A DNA stretch of 60,456 nt. Origin: an uncultured archaeon. GTDB taxonomy: Archaea; Thermoproteota; EX4484-205; JAAOZP01. The first letter of the stretch is position 1. Each line of letters begins with the position of its first letter. Below, one piece after another: positions 40,293-48,350 of the stretch. The position numbers and the translations under genes were made by a program. The stretch is from the NCBI GenBank assembly GCA_938045545.1, contig CALIBN010000011.1, positions 1 through 60,456 of the forward strand. The letters run 5' to 3'. The notes beneath the pieces are model-generated. The model saw only the letters and a program-made list of their open reading frames with translations, did no database searches and was not told where the DNA came from.

Positions 40293-41838
40293 AGAGAAAT
40301 TTAAAGAGATCAGCCCTGCAGACTTCTTCTACAGAAATAGGGACATCGCGGGTTTTTCAAACCCTGTTAGGGCACTGTACACGGCTGTCAGAGAGCTCGT
40401 CGAAAACTCTCTAGACGCTTGCGAAACAAGGGGCATACTTCCGGACATAATACTTTTTCTAACCATTGAAGGCCAGGCGGATAGTGAGAGAAACATTGTG
40501 AGAATAAGGATTGCCGACAACGGTGGAGGCATTCCGCCTGAACACATTCCTAACGCCTTTGGGAAAATACTTTTCGGTTCAAAGTACACGCTGATACAAT
40601 CCAGAGGAACTTTTGGGCTAGGCGGGAAAATGGCGTACCTATATGGTCAGATAACGACGAATAATCCTCTCGAGATCACCGTTGGCTATCGTAAAAGAAT
40701 CTACTTTTTCAAGATAATGATAGACATTAAGAAGAACGCGCCCATAGTTTTAGAGAGGGAGGAGAAGAGTAATCCTAAGAAGTGGAACGGCACTATTGTA
40801 AGCTTCACTCTAGAGGGAGACTACTTCAGAGCCTTTCCGAAAATACTTGAGTATATCAAGCTCAGCGCGCTTGTCGCACCATATGCGAACATCACGCTGG
40901 TCGACGCCTATGGGAGATTAATCAGGTTTTCCAGGAGCACTGGTCAAATGCCCAATCCCCCCAAGGAAACCTTACCGCATCCTCATGGCGTTGACGTTGA
41001 AATGGTTAAGAGGCTTGTCGAGGAGAACCGTAAGAGGTCACTCATCTCGTTTCTAACTAGAAGCTTTCACAGGGTTGGAAAGGAAACGGCTAGCAGAATA
41101 CTGGAGCAGCTGAACCTCTCGCCTAACACGGTTGTCGGAGAGCTAGGTTTAGACGAGATTGTGAGACTTACTCAGGCTTTGAAGAATTACAATGGCTTTC
41201 TCCCGCCGGACGCGAGTATCCTCTCCCCGATAGGCGAGACGCTTTTGAAAGAAGGGATTAAGAAGGAGCTTGAACCCGAGGTGCTCGCGGTTGAGAGCAG
41301 AAAGCCGCAAGCATATTCAGGACACCCATTTATAGTGGAGGTTGGAATAGCTTACGGCGGGAAGATAACTCCACCTGAAGACGGCAACGCGATAATCTAC
41401 AGGTATGCTAACAGGATCCCTCTCCTGTACGACGAGGCTAATGATGTCTCCTACAAGGTTGTGAATAAGCTGATGAACTGGAAACGTTACAGGATGGACC
41501 CTAGGACAGACCCTGTTAGAATCATAGTGCATATATGTTCGACGAAAATACCCTATAAAACGGTTGGAAAAGAGTATGTGGCGGATAGGCCTGAGATAGA
41601 GAGGGAGATTTTAAACGGGCTTAGGAATGTCAGCAGGGAGATCTCGTTCTATCTTTCGAGAAAGAAAAGCATGGAGAGGGAGAAGAGAAGGCTTGACGTC
41701 TACCGTAAGTATTTGCCTCTGATAATCAGGTTCGCGGAGGAAGCTGCAGGCGGAAGAGTAAAGGTTAGGGAGTCGAGTGTTAAGGCGCTTTTAAGCCTAA
41801 TGGACAAGTATCAGGTTCTCCATGAAGAAACAACTTAA
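40282..41838 (+). CDS. top6B: DNA topoisomerase VI subunit B
   Basis: GHKL motifs ELVENSLDA, DNGGGI and SRGTFGLG; PHPHG; RYANRIPLLY. Confidence 0.96.
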   Translation: MSSEEKFKEISPADFFYRNRDIAGFSNPVRALYTAVRELVENSLDACETRGILPDIILFLTIEGQADSERNIVRIRIADNGGGIPPEHIPNAFGKILFGSKYTLIQSRGTFGLGGKMAYLYGQITTNNPLEITVGYRKRIYFFKIMIDIKKNAPIVLEREEKSNPKKWNGTIVSFTLEGDYFRAFPKILEYIKLSALVAPYANITLVDAYGRLIRFSRSTGQMPNPPKETLPHPHGVDVEMVKRLVEENRKRSLISFLTRSFHRVGKETASRILEQLNLSPNTVVGELGLDEIVRLTQALKNYNGFLPPDASILSPIGETLLKEGIKKELEPEVLAVESRKPQAYSGHPFIVEVGIAYGGKITPPEDGNAIIYRYANRIPLLYDEANDVSYKVVNKLMNWKRYRMDPRTDPVRIIVHICSTKIPYKTVGKEYVADRPEIEREILNGLRNVSREISFYLSRKKSMEREKRRLDVYRKYLPLIIRFAEEAAGGRVKVRESSVKALLSLMDKYQVLHEETT

Positions 41839-41907
41839 AAGAAATGCTGCAGCATCCTGCTATGGGTAGTTAAATAGGGTTACAGCATTTTATGAAGGGG
41901 ACGGGGC

Positions 41908-42219
41908 ATGAGAATATTAAGTCTTGCGGAGAGGCTGATCATCCCGCTTGTAGGAGAAGAAGAACAGGCCGCGAGCTCCGAGTGGTTTACGAAGCTGATT
42001 GAAAGCATTGTGAACGCGGTTGAGAAAACAGTCTCAGCATTCTCGCAAATGGTGCTGCAAGCATCCCTCCGGATCTTGTCTATGATCTATGCTCCAATGG
42101 CTGTGATTGGAGTCATACTTTACGTAACAAAGGTGAACAAGTATCTTGGAAGAGACTTAATATTTGGAGCATTATTACTCGCATTCTTCAGCGAATTCGT
42201 GCTTCCAGTGCTCCTCTAG
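41908..42219 (+). CDS. Small membrane protein
   Basis: Two C-terminal hydrophobic helices; no recognised family. Confidence 0.55.
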   Translation: MRILSLAERLIIPLVGEEEQAASSEWFTKLIESIVNAVEKTVSAFSQMVLQASLRILSMIYAPMAVIGVILYVTKVNKYLGRDLIFGALLLAFFSEFVLPVLL

Positions 42220-42259
42220 CAAAACCTTAAATCATGCTTTAAAACATTTCCGGAGGGAA

Positions 42260-43549
42260 ATGGAGAACGCGTTTAAAATAAAAAGGGTTCAAGGCAGGGA
42301 GATAATAGACTCCAGAGGGAATCCTACTGTTGAAGCAGTCGTCGAGCTGCAGGGAGGAGCCGTAGGTCGGGCAAGCGTTCCCTCGGGTGCCTCCACAGGG
42401 AAGTATGAGGCGGTTGAACTAAGGGATGGGGATGGAAAAAGATTCCATGGTTTAGGAGTTTTAAAGGCGGTTAGGAACATTAATGAAACGATCGGTCCAG
42501 CGTTGACCGGTTTAGACGCTAGGCGTCAAAGCGAAGTCGACAAGAGGATGCTTGAATTAGACGGTACTCCGAACAAGTCTAGGCTTGGGGCGAACGCGAT
42601 CCTGGCTGTCTCTCTCGGCAACGCCATAGCTGCCTCAAACGCCAGCGAAATAGAGCTTTACGAGTATTTGGGAGGAGGAAAAGGCGTCACGCTTCCCGTC
42701 CCCCTTATGAACGTTATAAACGGGGGGAAGCATGCGGGAAACAATCTTTCTATACAGGAGTTCATGATAATACCTGCAGGGTTTAACGACTTCCCTAGCG
42801 CTTTAAGAGCCGGTGTTGAGGTTTACTACACGCTTAGAAGTGTGATAGTAAAGAAATATGGAAGGCCCTCGATTAACGTTGGAGACGAAGGAGGCTTTGC
42901 GCCGCCTCTTAACCGCAGCGACCAGGCTTTGGAACTGTTATTAACCGCAATCGAGGAAACAGGATATTCTTCTTCGCAAGTATTGCTTGGAATAGACGCG
43001 GCATCATCCTCGTTCTACGATCCTTCTTCAAACAAGTATAGGATAGACGGCAGAGAACTATCGAGCGGTGAGCTTCTAGAATACTATGATGGACTGGTTT
43101 CAACTTTCGGGCTGAAATCGATAGAGGACCCGTTTGAGGAGAACGATTTCGAATCTTTCGCCGAGATAACTAGGAGAATGGGTTCTCGAGTACAGATAGT
43201 CGGAGACGATATTTTCGTTACGAACAAGGAGAGGCTTCTCCAAGGGATAAGGAAAGGCGCTGCAAACGCGCTTCTCTTTAAGCTTAACCAATGCGGATCT
43301 CTAACCGAATCCTTAGAGACTTTCAACACGGCTGTTGAAAACAATTACAGGGTTGTTGTAAGCCACAGGTCTGGAGAAACTGAAGACACCTATATTTCCG
43401 ATGTTGCTGTTGCCTTCAACGCTGGACAGATAAAAACAGGTGCCCCATGCAGAGGGGAGAGAACCGCGAAGTACAATAGGCTGCTCAGGATATGTGAAGA
43501 ACTAGGGTCTAGAGCAAAGTATAAGGGACAAGAGGTTTTCAGCTTCTAG
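42260..43549 (+). CDS. eno: Enolase
   Basis: REIIDSRGNPTVE, PSGASTG, GDEGGFAP, VGDD, SHRSGETED and ERTAKYNRL; start moved to ATG at 42260. Confidence 0.97.
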   Translation: MENAFKIKRVQGREIIDSRGNPTVEAVVELQGGAVGRASVPSGASTGKYEAVELRDGDGKRFHGLGVLKAVRNINETIGPALTGLDARRQSEVDKRMLELDGTPNKSRLGANAILAVSLGNAIAASNASEIELYEYLGGGKGVTLPVPLMNVINGGKHAGNNLSIQEFMIIPAGFNDFPSALRAGVEVYYTLRSVIVKKYGRPSINVGDEGGFAPPLNRSDQALELLLTAIEETGYSSSQVLLGIDAASSSFYDPSSNKYRIDGRELSSGELLEYYDGLVSTFGLKSIEDPFEENDFESFAEITRRMGSRVQIVGDDIFVTNKERLLQGIRKGAANALLFKLNQCGSLTESLETFNTAVENNYRVVVSHRSGETEDTYISDVAVAFNAGQIKTGAPCRGERTAKYNRLLRICEELGSRAKYKGQEVFSF

Positions 43550-43593
43550 GAACCGCTAGGGTCAATTTTTTACTGCTAGAGGCTGTAAAAGCT

Positions 43594-44814
43594 TCATTTC
43601 CTCTTCCTGAAGAATAGAAGGCCATCCTTTTCGCATACGTATTCAAAGCCTGTTTCAAGCAGTTTTTGTATCTCCTGCGGATCTTTAGCCACTTTAACCG
43701 TAAACTCGTCGCTGTTTTCTCCGAATAATGCTTTCTCAACCTGGACATATGTCATGGTGTTTTGAATGTTCCTATGCCCTAGAAGCTCTTTCACGTGCAT
43801 TATGTCCCTCGTCTTATGGTATTCCATGGTTCCTTTCCAGTGCCGGAAAGTGTGGAAAGTAATGTTCAACAGCCTAGGGTTATTGAGCTTCCTCGCTAAT
43901 CTACGCTTTGAATACGTGAATGATGATTTAATGGAGTTGTAAGCCATGGGAAAGATCCTCTCGCCATTCTTGGGTAGAGCGTTTAACATCCCTATGAGCT
44001 TAGGGCTTATCCTGAAGATCCTGGGGTTTGAACCCTTCTCAGGCTCATTTAGGAGGATTACGCTCCTCTCGAGATCCACGTTCTTCCAAGTCAATCTTAA
44101 TGCTTCCCCCACTCTCATACCTGTCTCCTTCAACAGTTGAAGCAGGGCTGAAGCCTTAGGCCCGCAACCTGTTATTAAAGTATCTAATTCGGCTTCTGTA
44201 GGTATGAATGGGAGTTTAGCGATCTTCCTGAACTTGGGAGCTTCCCAGTGCAAGCCCTTCATTTTCAGATAGGCTGAGTAGGAATCCACTGCCAGTGATT
44301 TCCACCTGTCGCTTTTACTCACTTTCGCCAGAGTCTCCTTAATGCTCTCAGGGTTTTCAAGGCTAGCACCATGCTTAGCTAAGAGGCGTAGCATCCAAAC
44401 GTAGTTTTTTATCGTTTTTTCAGCTCGGTTTTGCTTCTTCAAATGCCATGCAAAGCTTATGAGCTTGCCTTCGAGTTCCTTATCCTGTCCAGTCCCCGGT
44501 TTCTGGAGCAGGATACTGTTTGTCACAGCTCCCTCCGAGCTGCTCATGTTCTCGTTTTCACCAGCAGGGAGCTCGCTTTCTTCCTCCTCCCTGCTGCCAC
44601 TATCATATTGGTTCTTGTTTATAAACGCTACTGGAGGATTGGAGGAAAAACGTCGTAAACAAACTCTGCAAAGGTAACGTTGAACTCGTTCTCCTGGCCT
44701 AGTTACCCTAAAGCCAGCCTTAAAAACTAATGAAGAACCGCAAAAGGGGCATCTAACTTCCATTTTTATCGCCGTTAAACTCGTTAGAGTCTCTATCAGG
44801 ATTTTTACCTTCAT
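43594..44814 (-). CDS. Tyrosine integrase with N-terminal zinc ribbon (probable start 44763)
   Basis: ETGMRVGE, EKGS, HTFRH, LLGH and TMTY catalytic residues; CPFC...CRVC. Confidence 0.92.
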   Translation of the reverse strand: MKVKILIETLTSLTAIKMEVRCPFCGSSLVFKAGFRVTRPGERVQRYLCRVCLRRFSSNPPVAFINKNQYDSGSREEEESELPAGENENMSSSEGAVTNSILLQKPGTGQDKELEGKLISFAWHLKKQNRAEKTIKNYVWMLRLLAKHGASLENPESIKETLAKVSKSDRWKSLAVDSYSAYLKMKGLHWEAPKFRKIAKLPFIPTEAELDTLITGCGPKASALLQLLKETGMRVGEALRLTWKNVDLERSVILLNEPEKGSNPRIFRISPKLIGMLNALPKNGERIFPMAYNSIKSSFTYSKRRLARKLNNPRLLNITFHTFRHWKGTMEYHKTRDIMHVKELLGHRNIQNTMTYVQVEKALFGENSDEFTVKVAKDPQEIQKLLETGFEYVCEKDGLLFFRKRK

Positions 44815-44821
44815 AAGACAC

Positions 44822-44924
44822 TTTACCAGAATTGACCAGTTTACCAGATTTTAACATATGGGGGTACCCTCCTGGCCACTGGGGGTATATTCTTTTTTCT
44901 GGTCAACTGGTAAAGTCTGGTCAA
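44822..44924. repeat. Inverted array of TT(T/G)ACCAG iterons (candidate origin)
   Basis: Three copies at 44822-44848 and three inverted copies at 44898-44924; the arms match at 23/27 positions. Confidence 0.7.
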
Positions 44925-46749
44925 GTAATTGGCCGGCAACTTCTCTTTCTTTGAGGATCCTAGCGTAGGAGATGCCTTTTGGTGTTAGCCAATATCCTTT
45001 CCTACGCTCCTGGGATTCAACCAATTCCAGGTTTTTCAGCTTAGAGACCTCGCTTATGATCCACTGTTTAGAAAGCCTCAGTTTCTCTGTCAGAGTTGAA
45101 GCCTCGATACCCTGTTGCTTGGTTATCTCTAGAAAGATCCTTCTAACCGCACCGTCGTCTTGAAACTCACGCTCGATCGCAAGGATTTCATCCTGAGTCA
45201 GCCTTTTTCTCTGCAGGACATAATCAACATAGTTGAAATATTCCCATTTCTCCAGGATCTCCCTAAAGAAACCAACAGCATGGTTAACATGCTCCTCTCT
45301 AACCACGACCTTGCCATCATTATCCACATCGTGGGTTAGAATGGCGAAAGCAACGGATAGCTTGGCCAGAGTGTTTAAAGTGTCGGCATTTATCAAGGGC
45401 AATTCAGATAGCGAGTGTTCGCTTAAAGCTAGATAGTTTCTCTTGATGCTTTCTTCAGCTTCAGGAGTTATGTATATCTCTTCAGGCTTAAGATTCCACG
45501 CCCATAGAATATGTTTTCTGAAGATCTCAGCAGGTATCTGAGGCTCAGTCCTGTAGGAGTTGGCTATTTCTTCAGCAGGGACATCGTCCTTGGAAAACGG
45601 AATGAACAGATCCCACCTAGTAATATCAACAGGATCCCTGAAGGGGTAGGAGTCTCTAACCGCCTCAGCTCTGAAGACATACTCCTCTAGGGCTCTAGGT
45701 GGGTTGAGAGTAGCCACAATTCTAGTCCTGCATGGTGCAGATCCCCTAACCGATTTAACGATCTCAGCCTTCAGTTTCCTAAGGGCTTCTCTAAGCATGG
45801 CTATTTCCTCAGGGCTGATCTTCTGCAAGCCATCCAACGCCAGAAACTCCTTGTCAGCTCTAGGGACAACACCCCAGATTATGCTTTTAGAATCTAAGTC
45901 CACGGTGCCTATTAGACCAGTGACCCTGGATATTTCAGCCCCCACCGTCTCTCCTAAATTAAACGTGCGCTTAGGATCGCTAGCGACCTCACTCTTGCCC
46001 GTGGTAGTAGTGCCGAGGAAAATCCCTCTTAAAATCCCCCAAACCTCTCTACCCTTGAAACGGAAGCTTAGCGGTGAATGCAGGCATAGGGCTAAAGCAA
46101 GCTTACTGGCCGCTCTGCCTACGATATGTGTCGCTAGAGTTTTATCGATCCTCTCCCTGATATCTTCAGCAGTAAAATATCGTTTAAAAGTCTCATGATC
46201 CTCTTTAGTGAATTGAATGCTCCAATAATCGTTCAGAGGCTCTATTTCATAGACCAAAACTGTTAATCTCCGATCCCTGTCTAAAGCCACTACTCCTCTA
46301 GCTTTCACACGCTTCTCAAGAGGAATTCTAACATCTATGAAATGCACCTTAAGAGGCTTACAGCTTGTTTCAGAGAACTTTTCCCTTGTTTCAATCGGCT
46401 CCAGCCACGCCTCCTGGTAGTCCATTTTAGCCTCACTCTCCAAGATTTTAACAGGAGTCTTAGAATGGCTATGCAGCGATCTTAATTCCACCCTTAAACC
46501 TGCAGGATTAAAGAGGTAGTCGCTGAGCATCTTCCAATTAGAGGCCTCATATAGGCTGTAGCTTTGCTCTCCGCATACTGGGCATTCCACCGTTATGCTC
46601 TCTGGCAACGCTTTGAGACTGCTTTCTCCAACGATCATAGCCTCGAATGTAATCTCGTGGCCGTAAAGAGAAGCGGACAGGTCGGTTAACGAGACTTCCC
46701 CAGCCTGGGGTATTTCGCTTAAGTTCTCACTAAGCTCAAGCTCAACCAT
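44851..46749 (-). CDS. MCM-family helicase of the mobile element
   Basis: CPVC zinc finger, Walker A GTTTTGKS, TGLIG, WGVVPRAD, variant Walker B LALDG, ATLNP, TRWD arginine finger, C-terminal wHTH. Start moved to ATG at 46749. Confidence 0.82.
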   Translation of the reverse strand: MVELELSENLSEIPQAGEVSLTDLSASLYGHEITFEAMIVGESSLKALPESITVECPVCGEQSYSLYEASNWKMLSDYLFNPAGLRVELRSLHSHSKTPVKILESEAKMDYQEAWLEPIETREKFSETSCKPLKVHFIDVRIPLEKRVKARGVVALDRDRRLTVLVYEIEPLNDYWSIQFTKEDHETFKRYFTAEDIRERIDKTLATHIVGRAASKLALALCLHSPLSFRFKGREVWGILRGIFLGTTTTGKSEVASDPKRTFNLGETVGAEISRVTGLIGTVDLDSKSIIWGVVPRADKEFLALDGLQKISPEEIAMLREALRKLKAEIVKSVRGSAPCRTRIVATLNPPRALEEYVFRAEAVRDSYPFRDPVDITRWDLFIPFSKDDVPAEEIANSYRTEPQIPAEIFRKHILWAWNLKPEEIYITPEAEESIKRNYLALSEHSLSELPLINADTLNTLAKLSVAFAILTHDVDNDGKVVVREEHVNHAVGFFREILEKWEYFNYVDYVLQRKRLTQDEILAIEREFQDDGAVRRIFLEITKQQGIEASTLTEKLRLSKQWIISEVSKLKNLELVESQERRKGYWLTPKGISYARILKEREVAGQLLDQTLPVDQKKEYTPSGQEGTPIC

Positions 46750-47332
46750 TTTCAACACTCCTCCAAACATTTTTAACAGCCTCTCCCAGTTTCTCCAGCG
46801 TCTGCCTGTAGATCTCCGTGAAACCACCATCTACAGAAACAGTGCCTAGCTTACTCGCTATATTGCCTATTTCGCCCAATATCCCTTCAAAGAGATCCTT
46901 AGGCTTGATCCTCATTCGAGTGCATAGCCTGAAAACCCTAACCGGATCGTAGAAGTCTAAAGCCCCTAATTTAGCGAACCTCCCATTCTTAGCTATCAGA
47001 AAAACCAGCTCTAATGTTGGCTTTTCGCCTTCTCCATCCTCCAGCCTAGCTTCATGCCACCTGGTTTTAGGCAGTTTCTCAGGATTCTTATCGAAAAAGT
47101 CGCCTAGTTTCAGAAATAAAATAGCCTTGGGGACGCCCAGTTCCTCCGCAACCTTGGAGAGTTTTTCTTCACTCCAGTAGTATTCTGAAGGTACCTTTTT
47201 CTCCTGATTTCCATACTTTATGACTATGGAATTTCCCTCGTTCGCTATGTCTAAATGTTTATAAATGAGAGCATAGCTATTATTATCAGGTCTGGAAGGA
47301 GGAAACTCACCGTTCTCCTTCATCTTTCCCAC
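46742..47332 (-). CDS. Hypothetical protein of the element's replication operon
   Basis: Overlaps the MCM start and the upstream RHH gene. Confidence 0.6.
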   Translation of the reverse strand: MGKMKENGEFPPSRPDNNSYALIYKHLDIANEGNSIVIKYGNQEKKVPSEYYWSEEKLSKVAEELGVPKAILFLKLGDFFDKNPEKLPKTRWHEARLEDGEGEKPTLELVFLIAKNGRFAKLGALDFYDPVRVFRLCTRMRIKPKDLFEGILGEIGNIASKLGTVSVDGGFTEIYRQTLEKLGEAVKNVWRSVENG

Positions 47333-47474
47333 CCTCCTTCCGGGCTCCCCTGAAATACTCCGATAATGCTAGTCTTGCAACCCCAGCCTTGCTTAAGCCA
47401 AGCTCCTTAGATAGTTGCTCCAGCAGCTCCCTAGTCTCCTTTTTCGGCCTGAAACAAAAGACGAAAAGCCTCAT
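47307..47474 (-). CDS. Ribbon-helix-helix (CopG-like) protein, 55 aa
   Basis: Not in the track: MRLFVFCFRPKKETRELLEQLSKELGLSKAGVARLALSEYFRGARKEGGKDEGER. Confidence 0.7.
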   Translation of the reverse strand: MRLFVFCFRPKKETRELLEQLSKELGLSKAGVARLALSEYFRGARKEGGKDEGER

Positions 47475-47638
47475 TTTCTCACCCCTAATTTCTCAGCCAG
47501 CTGCAAAAGTGCTTCACTCATGATCCTGGCTTCCGACTTACCCGTCTGCCTGGAAAGTTCTTTTAGCAATTGATTCTGCTCATGAGTTATACAGACGTTG
47601 ATCGAGTCCCATTTCAGTTCCATTCTCCTTCTCTTCAT
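47471..47638 (-). CDS. Ribbon-helix-helix protein, 55 aa
   Basis: Not in the track: MKRRRMELKWDSINVCITHEQNQLLKELSRQTGKSEARIMSEALLQLAEKLGVRK; ATGA overlap with the next gene. Confidence 0.7.
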   Translation of the reverse strand: MKRRRMELKWDSINVCITHEQNQLLKELSRQTGKSEARIMSEALLQLAEKLGVRK

Positions 47639-48350
47639 CTTTCCCACGGATTAAGCCTCCGTCTAGGGCTATATAAGTTTAACGTCATGCCACAATACAT
47701 AACCATTGTTTTCAAAATGTGACACTAGAAAAAAACCATAATTAACCTTGCTTAAACCATGAGTAGAGGGCTTCAGTCTAACTTAGTCAAGAAATATAGA
47801 GTAAATACAGAAGAGTATCTAGTTTAAACCTAGTAAATACCATATTTCTAGTAGCAGAATAAGAGTGGCTACGTTAACAATTGTTAAAAACTTGTTAACT
47901 TAATCTGTTAAGAAAGAACAATATTGTTTAAAACACTCTAAACACACTACACCATAAGCCATAACCATAGCCACAGCCCAAGCAAGGCAAGAAGCACAGC
48001 AGGCATATTATCATCTTAAGCCGGCAAATATAAAATTCAAGATTGAAGGGGATTAAAGCCAGGATTCATTAGTGGAAACAACACATTACTAGCTATCTGT
48101 CGTCAAAATGGTTAAGAAGCCTGTTCAGATGGGTTCTAATTCAATAATCATGCACTCCTCCCCTTCCGTCTATCCCTATTAATCGAATTTGAAATCTTTC
48201 GAAGACCTTCCTGTCGAGCTTCCCAGCCTTCCTAAGTGTTGTAGCTAGAATGGCTTGATCATACCCAAAAGCTAGGGCTTCTGTTCCCAGCCCTGGGAAG
48301 TCCTAGCGTTGAGGAGAATGCTCGAGAGACACCCTTAGCAAACGCCATGC

